64,000 nt of DNA, from the NCBI GenBank assembly GCA_973851085.1, contig OZ316776.1:9858001-9922000 (forward strand), read 5' to 3'. The stretch is from Ptychomitrium polyphyllum (taxonomy: Eukaryota). Under the pieces are notes generated by a model. It did not search any database, was not told the origin of the DNA, and saw only the letters and a list, made by a program, of their open reading frames with translations. Positions 1-14,199 of this stretch are shown here, piece after piece; position 1 is the stretch's first letter; every line of letters begins with the position of its first letter. The position numbers and the translations under genes are program-made.

Positions 1-579
1 GCAAGAGGACCATCTATAGTCAATAAGAATAATTCCAGTGCAACAGGCTTAACTATAACTGTAACATTTGGTGACAAATTTTGTACCAGATTAGACATAA
101 TATGTATCCTACTTGGTGCACATTTATCCCTTGTTTTCCTCATCTGAAACATGCTCATCCAAGCTTATTAGTGTGATATTAAATTTACTATAACCAACAT
201 TTTATTCTGCACTTACTCAGAATGATAGACTCTCCATTTGCTGGTCTCACAACCTCAAAAAAAGAGGGAAAAGCTATTTCTCTACTCCATACTCTTTTGA
301 CCCCATGTGGTACCAAACATTTTGAGATTATTTCTTTGATATTTTCACACTTTGTACTATACTGGCCAGTAAAGACACATAATCTATTTCTCAAAGAATT
401 TCCAATAATTTATGATATAACTAGAATGTCTAAACTTCTATTTTTACCTTTTCACATTTTTACCTATTCATAGAAATAAAATCTCTTCTACAACCTTATT
501 TCAAAAGTTGAGTAATTAAACAATAGAATTATTTATTGAGATTTTTCCAAAGGTTTTTTTTTGCAAAACATATTTTAAA

Positions 580-650
580 ACTCATTTTGGTCACGAAAAC
601 AAGTAAAAGCACATTTTAGAGTGTATTTTGATGAACTAATGAGAATTTTA
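580..650. repeat. Dispersed repeat, partner of ~41596-41665 (same orientation)
   Basis: AGTGTATTTTGATGAA identical at 620-635 and 41636-41651, flanked by similar TTTTGGTCACGAAAACAA/TTTTTGCCACAAAAACAA and CTAATGAG/TCAATGAG. Confidence 0.7.
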
Positions 651-1699
651 CATGGTCAAAGAGCCTCAAAGTTTGGACTTCCCCAGAGTTAGCCAAGCCT
701 TCCAAAACAAATTCTTGGTTTATTATATGTGCCCAAAGTTTTTTGCAATTGCTCTTCTAAATTAGAAGTGTTTGATCGCTTGTATCATAAATGCTGTAGA
801 CTATTATTTACAAATAAAACACACTAGAAACACAAGGTGAAAGAGTTCTACTTAATAGATAACTTTATTAAACTAGCACCTTAACACAAACTCTGAACCT
901 ACTATCTAATTTTTGATGTACCAACATCTCATTTGTTCATCCTTAGACTAATTAATCTTACATTTTTACAACTTTGACTAAAGTCACATAGTTTTCAATG
1001 TTGGAAACATATGCACCATTGGCCAAGGAACATGGACATCTTGGGAACAAACATTTTCTTTTACTTTTTATTTTCAACATCTGCCATGTTGTTTCATTTT
1101 CCTCAGTACAGGTCTCAAAGTGTTTGCTGGATGAAATCATCTGATGGAATTTAGGTTTGTTGGCTTAATCAATTGTTTGATACAATTTTTGCATGCAGAG
1201 CATGGCAACAAAGATTTTGGTGATTTATCTGTATTGCTTCCAAGAACTTTTCCTTCCAGATAATCAGGGTTCACATTGTGATGTGAGCTTGTTGGTGAGG
1301 AAGAATATGAATTTGACTTTTGGGTGGCTTGGAGGGTGGAAAATGATTTTGTGAAAAGTGAAATGGAATATTCATCCTACACATCAATTTAGTTTTGAAA
1401 TTTTCTTTTATGGAGGATAGTGTAATTTGACAGTTTTTTAGGTTCACTTGAATTGAAGTAATGACCGTTGATGGAGGTTATACCATTTCTTGGCTTTGTA
1501 ATGATAGTTGTGAAAGGTGTTGTCTTTGTTTATACTTTCGTTTTGCAACGTTGGATTTACAATGGTCTTCCAGCTTTAGTTTGAGTCAAATTCGGTGTTC
1601 ATGAGGAAGATGTATTTGCAATTCTTGGTAACTTCTAAATCTTTATTTTAGCTTTCTAATGTGATTGAATATTGTTTGCATGCATCTCCCTATGCATGG

Positions 1700-2110
1700 A
1701 GTTTGGTTGTTTAGAAATATTGTGTTGTTGTGAAGAACTTGTTTTTTAAAGCACTACAATACAACATATCTTTCAATAACTAAACACTTTTTATGGACAT
1801 GAATGAGCAAGAAAGTAGCATAATAGGTGATGTCTATTTTGTAATGCTTGTAGATAAAATAGAAGAATCCAATGCAAAAGTCATATGCTATATTGGTGCT
1901 TCAAATTCATTCTTATGAAATGTTCTTTGTGGAATTTGTTATATTATTACATATTTTAAGTATGCTTCAAATTATAAGAAGGAAGAAAGGATATTTTATA
2001 ACCTTAAGCTTATTAATGTATTTCTTTTGATATTAAATACCACTCAAGCTTTTCATGTACAAAGTGAAAAGCTTGTAAGAAGCTTGTATATGGGCAAATT
2101 CTATAAACTA
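1700..2110 (+). mobile_element. Highly decayed LTR-retrotransposon protease-like relic
   Basis: 1871-1915 translates NAKVICYIGASNSFL, resembling the retropepsin VLxD(S/T)GA(S/T)xSF motif with the catalytic Asp lost; many stops nearby. Confidence 0.35.
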
Positions 2111-2967
2111 ATACTTATTCGTTTTCCAAATGGTTTTTGGAAGATGATAATAAAAAATTCTTTATTTTATCCTTATTTTCAAGTGCTTTCATATGAAAGA
2201 ATTTGAATAGTAGTTTGTTTCCATTTTGAAAGTAATATTAATCTACAAAAGCTAGAAATTTAATTCATAATCTTCCTTCTTGCATTTCTTTTGGGAAATC
2301 CCTTTTTAAAATGTATTCCATTAGAATATATTTTTTAAAATCTTTTTTTACTTCCTACCTTCAATTTAAAGCGGCCCTACCTCTTTAGATTAGACATGTG
2401 CAAATTTGTTGGATAAAAGTTTTATAAGCCTAAATTTTCAAGTTTTCTTGGTTGAATGTTTGAATGGTTGGATCTAATATATCTTGGATAAAGTTTATAA
2501 AAACATTAGTATGTATTGTGTACCTTTTTAAAGTACCAAATTTTTAATTCAGTTTTAGAAATATTTAGCATTTACACAATGACATATAAAATAAAATAAA
2601 ATAGCCTTTCAAATAAGTATGTGAATTGTAAACACTGACTATTTTAAAAATATTTTGAATTTAGAAACTCTTATTATGATAACATTATTTTAGTAAATGA
2701 TTGAACTTTTATTTAAAATTTATCAAATTTTGGTTTTATATTTGGAAATTTAAAAACTATTTCAATTCTATATTTTATTTGAAGTCACATTCACAAAAAA
2801 ATTATCAATTTTATAAAATTAAAAAGTAGGAACATTTCATTATTTTGATTATAATAAATCATAGTAGCCCAAATTTCAATCTAAAATCTTTGTTTTCTCC
2901 TCTTTTTTTTAGAATTCAAAAAGGAATATTTTTACATACAATCCACTTCATTTTTAAAGTCTAGGAT

Positions 2968-3763
2968 TGTAATGAAGAATATTATAAATTTAGTTTCTTC
3001 TTTAGTAGACAAATAATTTTTCATTTATATTGATTCTTTTCACTACTTAAATTTTTTTAATTAACTATGATTTATGCCTATGTGTCACCTACATAAATCA
3101 TGCAGCATAATCTTTACAACCTTCTAGAACCTTCTAATGTATTATAGTAGCTTCTTAGAATACTTTTAATGTTTCCATAGTCGTTTCCATAACTGTTTCC
3201 ATGTCTTTGGGAAATTTCCTAAAAAAGTTCCACCACCTCAAGAAACTTCCTAGGAAGGTTCCATCACCTCAGGAAATTTCCTAGGAAGGTTCTACATCTT
3301 TAGAAAACTTCCTAAGAAGCTTCTACTACCTTAGAAAACTTCCAAGAAAGGTTCCAATTCCTTAGAAGCTTCTTTAGAAGGTTCCAACATCTTGGGAAAC
3401 TTCTTGGGAAGGTTCCATACACTTCTAAAACATTCTTAAGCCTTGTAGGAAGCTTCTTTAGAAGTATCCTAGGAAATACAAGCGTCATAGTATAAATAGG
3501 AGGGAAGACAAAATATTCTTTAGTCTTGCCAAACTCAAGTTGTGGATCATATTGTATCTTACTTTGTATCAAGTTTTTGTTAATCATTAGTTCATTGGAA
3601 GCTATTTTTTGGAAAACTCTTTGTTTCTACTTCTTGTTTCTTGTGTCCCTACCAGTATGTATTTATAAAGAACTCATAAAATGATTACTTAGGAACAAAA
3701 AATAATTAGTACACCATACCATCCAAATACTTGGTTACAAAAAGGCAACATTTTGTGGTTACA
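2968..3763 (+). mobile_element. LTR-like segment (putative solo/3' LTR); boundaries uncertain
   Basis: Starts TGTAATG (2968); tandem palindromic array 3211-3426; TATAAATAG at 3491; candidate TTACA ends at 3739 or 3763. No matching target-site duplication found. Confidence 0.4.
3211..3426. repeat. 7 degenerate tandem copies of a ~31-bp unit, consensus ~GAAACTTCCTAGGAAGGTTCCANCACCTTAG
   Basis: Unit starts at 3211, 3242, 3273, 3304, 3335, 3365, 3396; core dyad CTTCCTAGGAAG intact in unit 2 and nearly intact in the others. Confidence 0.9.
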
Positions 3764-5418
3764 TTTGCAACACTTTATGATTTTTCAATCTATGTTACCT
3801 TATCAAAGTACATCAAATCCATTTGTTGGTCTTTTTGTACTCAATATAGTAACATTAATTGTTGTCTGGTGTAGATTTGCATGGTTGAGCAATAAAGATC
3901 CAGGTCACCAAGTTACAACGTCTTAAGTTGGCTCTCTTTCCTGTAAGATCGAATAAGCCATTATTGCGGTGATAAAATGAAATATGTAATTTTAGACATA
4001 AATTTTACCACAAGATAACACAACTAGACTTATTATTCAAATGTAAAATTACATACAAATCTTTGTTAAACCCTTGTAATTTCAAATATTTATGCACTAA
4101 ATTGTTAATTTTATTAAAATTCAAGATGGCCCAAAGCCAATCAAAATGGTGCTAGTATTTTGAAGGTCACTCCAAGCTTTCAATATCATGTCTGGATGAA
4201 GAAAATGAGAGTGGCCTGAATAATGTCTAAAAAGGGTGAATCGGCCTCAAACAAAATGTACATGTAAACCAGCCCTTAGCAAACACCTTCATACATCCAC
4301 AGAGGAGTCCTGGGTAATTATAGCTGATGCTCATAGGTCGAAACATGGGGTCGCGCATACAGAGAGGGGTCCCAGGTCTGTTGTGTTGGTAAGAGGACTT
4401 ATGATTAGAGGAGCTAGAGAGCTGTGAGGGTTTCCTCAGTGCTCTCAAGTAATGTGGAATCGTCAGAACAACATTGACATCATTGCCACTGTTGATTAGC
4501 AGTCAGGAATGTAATTTGTACTTAACAGCACAGCAGGCTCATGATCTGGTTGCAAAAGCAGCTGCCCAGTGCCCATTTTGAGATGAACCTGCAAAGCACA
4601 CCCTGAAAACCAGTGTACAGGCGGAAGGTTATTAAAAAATTAAACTTATGAGTTAAAAACTAAAAATTAAAAATTCAGCATAAATTTTGTACTGTTGTAT
4701 TTTAGAGAGAAACTCACAAATGATTGTTGGATATAGTGGTTGGAATAGTTACTTTTGCGCAAATTTAACAAAAATCAAAAAATTTATTATTGTTCAAATA
4801 ATAAGATAACTTAGCCATGAGGTGCTATGTTTAGCTTTCGAGATCATTTTTAAAAATGTAGCAGTTTTTCTTATTAAAATGACTGCATAAAGGAACTTTT
4901 GTCTTTGATTGTTTGATTTCGTGTCATTGTATACTGAATATTGACATGAAATTTGTTTCACGTCTTATGCCATACTTGGTAGAAATTTTTCATGTTAAAA
5001 CATGTTAAAAGTATGTTAAAAATGAACTTTATACGTGGTTTAATTTTCAAGTCCTAAAACAGTAAAATGAAAACATGGAAAAATCAAATAGAAACATATA
5101 TTTTCAAACATCATTTTAAATTTCTTGTTTATTTCAAAAAACATATAAAGTTCATTTTTTCAAAAAAGAATAATATTTTTTTTGAAATACATATATAAGA
5201 ATTAAGCAAACTTATACAAGTAGTGCTTTAATATGCATCACCACTTGAAAACCAATGCATTTTATCATAGAACTATCCCACAATATTATCTGTTGGAAAA
5301 AACATCTTATAAGAATTAATTTGAAAGATCAACTATTGTAAGAGAATAAACATCAACAATTGTACTTACTTTAATGAAAAAATACTACAAGTACTAAATG
5401 TTATGCCTAAAAAAGGTA

Positions 5419-5518
5419 NNNNNNNNNNNNNNNNNNNNNNNNNNNNNNNNNNNNNNNNNNNNNNNNNNNNNNNNNNNNNNNNNNNNNNNNNNNNNNNNNN
5501 NNNNNNNNNNNNNNNNNN
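5419..5518. other. Assembly/scaffold gap (100 N)
   Basis: Run of exactly 100 N; true gap size unknown. Confidence 1.
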
Positions 5519-8213
5519 TAAATGCAAGCTCATGATATGATGCAAAATCCACCAAGAAACTTTATTCCATGGCTCTAATATCTGATTGAACCAAAGCCAA
5601 TTAACCTTTATGAAATCCGCCAATTAACCTTTATGAATCCATCATTAGAATGCAATGGATTATCTTACTTTAATTTCTAAAAAGCAAGATAAGAATAAGA
5701 ATCCATTCAACCTTTTGCAAATGAAACTTGTACTTTGATGCTCACATGGCATACAAATTGTGTTTTTGTTGGCTTAAGTAAGTGTTGGAATTACACTTTT
5801 CATAAGATAATTCTTATGGAAAGTGAATGGCTTACTTTAGAATTCTTGAAACAAAACGTATATAGTTCTTTAAAGTTACTCCAAATAATAAAACGTCTTA
5901 TATTTAACTTATCATATTTGTTGAGAGTCATTTTTGACAATGTGGATGACTCAAACATTGAGGAGCCCTGACTCCTTCATCCAATGTTTGTTTGCAATGA
6001 ACTGATTGAATTGTGCCTTGGTTCTTTAAGGATTAATTGGATAGGCACATTCTATATAGAGGTTAAACATACATACTGCAAAGGGGAAATACAACCTCAA
6101 AAAATTTACCATGTAACTGAAATCTGTATAATTCAGACTCAGTGTATTATGCAAAGATTTGTTACATGCTTATTTATATGGCTGAAGGTGTTAGCTTTTT
6201 AATGGAGATATGATTTCAAGTTGTGAAACTTTTTGTACAATTAGATATGCATTACATATCCGTGTTTGCAAAAGAAGTATATGGTAAAATAATAGCTAAA
6301 TAATTTTAAAATATCTAAATTATAGAAATCGCTTCATATTTCAAGTTTTCCAAATAACATAGGATCCCAGCTTGACTGAAATACGTTTCCTTTCAAAACC
6401 AGGGGAAACAGTGCTTGGTTCAAGAAGGCGCAGCGATACGAACAACTTCTTTGCAGTGATACGTCTTGGCTTTGTTACAATCAAGTGGTCTGAAGGTTTA
6501 TCTGAGAATTTCATGTTCATTTTGTAGGCAATGTGCATCTGTGGGCTCCCTATGACCAGAGCCACTTCATCTCCTCTGTTGCACATTGTCTAGCCGCAGG
6601 TTGCGCCCTGTGTTGAACTGGTGATGGCTATCTCTGCATATTTATTACTTCAGATATTGGTCACTTAGGTTTAGACTTTGTGAGCTCTTGAAAAGGGCCA
6701 AATCTGGCTGGTGTAGTTGTATTTTGCCCTCTCTTACATTGAATTTCGGGCTATTTGTGCCGATGAAGGGGAAATAGAAAGAAGGAAGAACAAAAAAGAA
6801 ATTTGTTTTTATTAACAACGAAATGTGGGAAAGGGCAGCCACTCAGGACTCCACAATTGAATACGAATTACTGCAGACAAGTTAGCACTCACCCTGTAAA
6901 AGCAATACTTGGGAAACGATTCTCGTTGTCGTTTGCAGCACAATAGATATACTTGATATTATCCAAATAAAGGTCAGAATCAAGTGTTGTAGCAATACAG
7001 ACGTTGTAAGTGCTAAATATAAAGGGGAAAAAATGTGAAAGCCCAAAAAGGTACTTATGGAATCTTTAAAAGAAGCAAAACAATACCCCGGGAAAGAGGA
7101 GGGTGCTGACAATCAGGTGAGCCAGTCGGTCTAAATTAGGCCTCACCGTGGCTCCGTTTTGAATGTAGTAGAGCCAATACGCCCTCTTTAACAAAAAGGA
7201 TGTGGCCCAAAGACAATATCCCTGATTCTAAGGATTTCCAAAGGCACCTACACCATGTATGAAACCACTAAAAACTATAGCCAAGAACGTTCATTTCTTC
7301 CAGACGCCATGTCTTTAGCTTCCTTACATTTTTGTACATGGTACACATCCCACACTTGAGATTCATAAAATTCTCCACAAGGTGGACGGCTTTGATTGGG
7401 CGATTAGGTACTATTAGAAAAGTATTTTCAAACAGGACCACCAAACCCCCTCTCTTTTGGGGCGGACTCATTTACCATCTCCATGCAGAGATCGTAGGGC
7501 CCGGAATTGCAGGATCCTTTATAACTCCTCAGATCTCAAGAATTGAAGCTGCTCGATTAGAGGGTCTGTGATTGGCTCGCAGCGCTTTGGAGTAGCTCCA
7601 GCTCCGGGCTGCCCGAATTGAAGTCATGAGTGGCTCCAGCTAAAATTAGAAATAATAATTTATAGTTTTGTTAGTTACTTTTGCCAAAATTAAAAGCCCA
7701 TGTGGGCTGTGGGAATAGTTTGTTAAGTGGGTGTGTAAGCAATAGTAGCTGATGTCATTTACTTCATACTGATACTTTAGAGCGCCATTCCAATTGGTAT
7801 AATGTGTTTTCCGCACACTTTAGACTTCGACACGATTGTATCCGTTTCCTCTTTTTTGACCATTATCTCCTGAATTAGCATTAACCCTCTTAAGTCCGAA
7901 CAGGGGTGAAATCTGGAGTAGTTTTTTTTTTTTTTGTTTTCAGTGTTTTAAGTAAATAACTTTTATAACTCTACAGTTGAAATATATACAGGTATGTGTA
8001 TTCATACATCCACCACAGATGTTTCACCTTTAACCATGTAGATGACGAGCATATAAAAAGTTTGTTTATTGTACCACATGCATCCCAAAATTGTATGTTT
8101 ATTATACATTGTACATACCAAATGCTATACAATATATCTTTGGACTATAGACTATATAGTATGAGTACTAAATCATATACAAACCATATTCTACACCTCC
8201 TAGTATATAAAAG

Positions 8214-8316
8214 CACTTATTTAAGAATGTATGAATCACTTATTTAAGAATGTATGAATCACTTATTTAAAAATGTATGAATCACTTATTTAAGAATGTA
8301 TGAATCACTTATTTAA
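8214..8316. repeat. Minisatellite, 4.5 x 23 bp CACTTATTTAAGAATGTATGAAT
   Basis: Unit starts 8214, 8237, 8260, 8283, 8306; only one substitution (G>A in copy 3). Confidence 0.97.
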
Positions 8317-10394
8317 ATCAATATCAACACAAGTCATTTGAATTGGATGCCATACATTCTCATAGTTGTAAGCCAAATTTTTTAAAGCATCTAATTATAA
8401 TTATAATATCTAATAAAATTGACATTTTATTCTTTTGCAATTTTATGTCTGTGAAAGGATTTAATACATCAAACTATTCAAAATACATTTAGTGAAGAAA
8501 ATAAGACAAAATAAAATACATAGAATTACATCACATTCTAAAAATACTTTGAATTTATTAGAAACATAATCTAAAATTTAAGTTTGTTGTGAATTGGTAC
8601 AAACTCATAATTGATTTTGTTCATATGAAGGCATGGTGAGACATAGGCAATTGCTTAAGATTTATATTGTTGTATCAATAAACACAAGACACAAATTTCT
8701 AACAATGTTTCTAGCATTTGATGTAATAACTCAATTTTGTAATGAAGGTTTTATTAACCTCACTAGAAATTGGCATCTAAATTCATAGTACTTCAACTTC
8801 AACTTTAGAAATTGATTGTGTATTCTTTAACATTATATTCAATAAAAACCACACACAATTGCAAAAAGATTTCAAAAAAGATCATTCTACTTCCTTTGTA
8901 ATTATTACAAAGTGAAATACCTTTCTAAGTACCTATGTTATAACCAACTTATCATTTCAATTTTAAAATACAAATCCTTGTTTCCATCTTAAAATAACGT
9001 CATCCATTAGTATTGACAATTTATAGAATTTTATTTAATATTATACTTATATGACTAAATCAATTGTAAATTATGCATCCTACATGAAAAATTAAAGGCC
9101 ATGATTCATCCTATGGATATAACTATAACTAAATGAAATTAGGGCATACTTCCATAGACCATTTATTTGGTGGAAAATAGAACAAAACACAAGAATTCAG
9201 CAGATGGATCTACAAAAACCTAGGGGCCTTTCTACTGGTGGCAAGGACCATGCATTTTCAAAATTAGAACCCTTCATTGGTACAAACCCACTTAGTAGGT
9301 CCACATAAAGTAGAATCGCAGTTTTGATGTTGTTTAGGAATACGGGAGATCCACCCGGTAAGAAGGCCCTTACCTCGCCTGGGGTTTCCAAGAATACAGG
9401 TAATTGCAATGTGAATATGGATGTTTGTAACACACAGGCTACCCAAAGGAGGATCTGTAGAAGCAAAGGAGCAACAGACTGTGAGAATCCACAAAATAAA
9501 TTACACCGGAGTGTGCATCAGCAAAGCAAAGCAAATGCAAATGCAAGCCTCGGGGATCTTTTGGTGTCACAGCTATTTGGTGCAAGTTGATATTTGAGGA
9601 TCTTGTAGACTTTCTCTTGTCTTGTCTTCGGCAAGGTGGGGCCCCTAGTTTCAGATGAACTCCGTCACAAAGTTAAAGCCAGTGGTGTCAAATCTGGATC
9701 AAATCATCCCAGTGGTGTGAAGATCACTCATCCCCAGCTGAATAGCTCATAAAAGTCTCGGCAAAACACAGCTCCTTGCACAGCCTTCGAAATGACCAGT
9801 TCAGATTTGCAGTTGTCCTCTTGCTAGCCCCTCCACTACCCCATGGTATCTCTTTCTATCAACTGTTGCATAGGTAATGATCAAAATTTGACAAATAGTT
9901 TATATATATACAAAATGACAAATTATCCCTTATTTTAAAAACATTACCAACAACACCAGCTGTCTCTAAGTATAAGATGTTCCGAATTTTGGTTCTAGTG
10001 AGTTCTCCACATTTCTACAATACTTAAGACATTAACAATTCACTAAATTAAACTGATAAATCTGAATGCCATTTACTTGATCGATCACAAATACCTAAAC
10101 TCTAAACAAAGGTGCATACTTTTGAAACAACAGTGTATAATCATATGTTCTATTTCTAATTTTGATTCAGCAATTTGTGAACTAAGATTGTGCAAGTGCA
10201 AGTCTTTATATCAAAAAATGTAATTTTTGAAGTATGATCATCATACTTAGAATTGCAAGATACAACAAGATATGTTGTAATGGAACCTTCTTGGTATATA
10301 ATTCTAGACTAGCTAGGGACAAGATTTTATTCCAAAGTCCAATTTTGGATGGATTGTCTTATTTGCTTCTTATAGAAGTAAGTAAGTAGTATGT

Positions 10395-10770
10395 GAAAAA
10401 TGGCACCAACGTTGTAAGTTCCAAAATTTAGATATCAAGTTGTACAGAGACGTTTGGAGGGTTCAAAGTCATGAAACAAAGTGTACATGGTCAGCATGTA
10501 CAACCATCATGAGCCTTTTACAATTGACAAAGACTACATTAACCATTTAAAGTACCATCATTATGGAATTTAAGCCAACCAAAGGACGCTCTTTCCTTCA
10601 AAAGTACATGATTTACCCCCAAGTAATGCCTTGATGGACAAAAACATTCACATCACAGTACACAATTAATTTGTTTTTACCTTGATCAACACACAATACA
10701 TGTTGTAAATTGCAAGCAACATCTGATGCAAATATTCAAAGTACACCCTTCTCCAAGGCACCAAATTTGC
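10395..10770 (+). mobile_element. Highly decayed Ty3/Gypsy-like reverse transcriptase relic
   Basis: Across frameshifts: W..P..VPK.D.IKLYRD, RTLF, QVMP, KQHLMQIFKV occur in the order expected for WxSPxxxVPKxDGxxRLCxD / KTAF / VMPFG / EHLxxVF. No YxDD recognisable. Confidence 0.3.
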
Positions 10771-13700
10771 TTTGAAGCTGATTATTTATATTGGAAAATA
10801 CTGCAACCTTATCTACAATATAGGCTATATTTTATATTTTCAACCAAATTATAGATAAACATCATACTTAGGTGCATTTGTCAATTGTATAATTACTATA
10901 ATCCATCATAATTCATTGCTTCTTTCAAAAATTACTTTCTTTGTGATTTTATTATTTTAAGTTATAATGCACATTTACACATTTAAACACTTTAATTAAT
11001 GTATAATTTCTAAAAATCATTTGTAGAGACAAAGTAGTGAATATTCATAGATCTAAAGAAGTGAATATCTTTTATTTGTTTTGAAGGTGGTTGTATTAAT
11101 AACTCATATAAATATTATTACAAATTAAAACTTTTAATATTGTAAAATTGCCAACTAAAGCTAATTTATTAGAACTGGATATAGGTTAACACTTTGAATA
11201 TGATACAATCCAATAGATATATAAACATTTTATTAACTTAATATTTATAATGAGTCACACTTAAATTAAAGTAAATGATAATATTTTTGTATTTATAGCA
11301 AAAAATTTAAGATTATTGTTGGATTGTTGGTTGTAACTATATGTATTATTGTATAAGGCAAGTTTTTAAAAATTATTTACATAAAATTCATTTAAACTTT
11401 ATAATCATAAATTTATTTTTATATGGTTTTGCAAAATTGTTGCTCTATTAAGTAATTTTCTATATGCTATAAAGTTTTCAATTTTGTAGGTATCTAGCAT
11501 TAAGATCATTGGAAGTTTAATAATGAATAAACATCATGTTTATAATTGGTTACAAAAAATTCTTAAGACTCAAATTCTTAAGGCTAAAAATACTTAAGAT
11601 TAAAAGTACTCTTATGATGAAGTTTCAAGGATCAATGAATTCAATCCATAAAAGTACCAACTATCATTTTGATACTTTGGATGGCTAAAACTTTAAAAAG
11701 ATCAAGTCTCTTGCATCTTATGTAATGGTTTTTATATAGTTATTTGATTGAATTCCATTTCAATCAAATTTTGTGGTAAAAATCTTGCATTAATTGAAGT
11801 TATTATGAATTTTTAGCAAGTGTTTTACTAAAAGAGGTTCAATTTTGGACATATTTTTTTTGTAGTTATTAGGCCATCTTTTGACATTGCAATTTTGCCT
11901 TAGATACATGATACTTTCTTTACAAGATTTTTTGCATATATACTACTGTATTATGGAGATGATTTTAAATTAACACTTGTTTAAAAGTTGTTTCATAGGC
12001 ATAATTTTATTAATATAAAATCAATTAAAATAAATCATAATATTACTTTAAAAAAAAATTCTCGTATGTAACATTATGATATATTGTTTATAAATTTTAG
12101 GCATTCTAAATGGAAACTTCCTAACTTCTATTCTAAGTTAACATTTTAACAAATGAAAATGGAAGAATTTCAGAAAATTGCATTTTATAAAGTATGAGCA
12201 CATATAAATTAACTCAAATCCACCGCAACATTTATCCAAGGTAAATCATAACTTAGAAAGATCTTTTGTGTGTTCAAAAAAATCATTTATTAAATGTCAA
12301 ATAAGTATTAGCAAACATACTAGCTTCTACATTTTTTAAATATCCTTAATTTTAAAATCACACTTGAATTAATATACAAAAATGAAAATTTACAAAAAGA
12401 ATAGTATAAAGAAATCAAATTTTATCAACAACTAACAATTGACATTTTATAATTACAAATATTGGAAAGTACAAAAACAAAATATGGTGACATATAATTT
12501 GATGTAAGAATTAACATATATAAATGTAATATTTATAAATGGCTAACTTTATGATCTTAAATCTATAAGGCCTCATGATTTCAAAGTTAGCTCACATCAT
12601 TTACAACATGTTCATTGCAATATCATACAAGTGATTTTGGTATGTCTCACTTTTATTTATATTTATTGTACTTTGAATAGAAATAATATTTTTAGACTGG
12701 GTTCTTTTGTACATTTAATTGATTTAGCAAAAGTTCAATTTCTTTTTCCATAGAAATTTAGACAATTAATTTTTTAAATTTCTTAATCGTTTTTTTAATT
12801 TAAAAAAATCAAAGAAATTACAAAAGGTTTATTATTTTTTATTTAATGATTTACCAAAACTTATACTAAACTTAGATGAAATATAACATATAATCTTAAC
12901 AAATTAAATAGCAAGTATCCACTTGAACCAATGTATCTATTTTTGTATTTCATTCGATCTTAGATGAATTACTATAAACTTCTCAGAAAGAGTTATGATG
13001 AGTGTGGAAAAAATAAATAAAGGTTGTTTCACAATATTAGATGGTTTAAATGCACATAGAAATTTAATTTTTCAATTGTAGAGATTCAAAGAATGTTCAT
13101 TATTTCTATATTGTGTATTAAGGGTTCAAATGAGTTATATATTAAAAAATTAGAAGATTTATTTTTTATAATTAAATTTTAGCAATAAAGCTGAATTAAA
13201 TTCCCAGACCTCAATATGAAATGGAAATATATTATTAATTAATTCCAAGAGGAGGCTGTTACAGCCAAAAACTGTAAGTAAATAATTGAAATGATATTAC
13301 TGTGTAGACCTTAAAGTAAGTTCCAATACAAAACCTAGTGCTAAGAATTATATGATTTCATAGTTATCACTCCTTTAATCTTTTGGAATTCAAATGAATA
13401 TTTTTAAATTACAAATTAATAAAAATGCTTATGGCTCTTGAATTACAATGAGTTGGATTTTGAAGGATAAATTCAATTTTTTGTTGGATATTACATGTAT
13501 CCAATACTACAAATTGGCACTCAATTCTTACTATTAATGTCTTTCAAGTACATGCATATATAATGGTGTTTCAGATCAAATACTTGTTTGTATATGTAAT
13601 TCTTTCAAACACACATATTATATATTGTTATATATTATACACTTTGAGATTGAATTTTTAAAAATTATATACACAAGGAAACGCCTTCTCCTTTGTGAAA

Positions 13701-14199
13701 CATATTGTAAGTGTCAATTGAAATGGATCTATGATGTTCATAAATTATCATAAGTTTACAATTTTGAGCAAGCAATATAGTTTCTACATAGATGAAAATC
13801 CTAATAAATATTGTGCAGATGTGATTCATGAGTGCCAAATTAGAGCATCTACAAAATTATACATACAGCCTTGAATTTTGTTAACTATATTCTAATTTTT
13901 TTGATAAATTATCAATTTGTTGCCAGATGAGCATTCCTTCAAATATTGCATCTAAAGTTCACAAAATACATTGCATATACACATTATTAGATATGAATAA
14001 CATCATTGGTTTTTCTCAACTTTTTCCATGCATGAGGAATATTGTATTGCTTAATACATTGTATGATTCAATATTACATTCATGAATCCTGTTTTGGGCA
14101 AGATCCATCAATATAAAAAGATCAATCAAAAACTGAACTTCCTCTCATGAGGTAATCACTTTCTTTTGTGAAACAACAGAAGGTATTTACTGTCAAGGA

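Noticed and set aside
3211..3426. CRISPR-like look of the palindromic 31-bp array
   Set aside because: Variable parts are only ~9 nt and related to each other, repeats are degenerate, no cas genes, and the context is eukaryotic
5366..5623. 85-aa ORF spanning the N run
   Set aside because: Artefact of translating through the assembly gap
7881..7898. TTAACCCTCTTAAGTCCG resembles a piggyBac left end
   Set aside because: No inverted partner (...AGGGTTAA) spotted in the window
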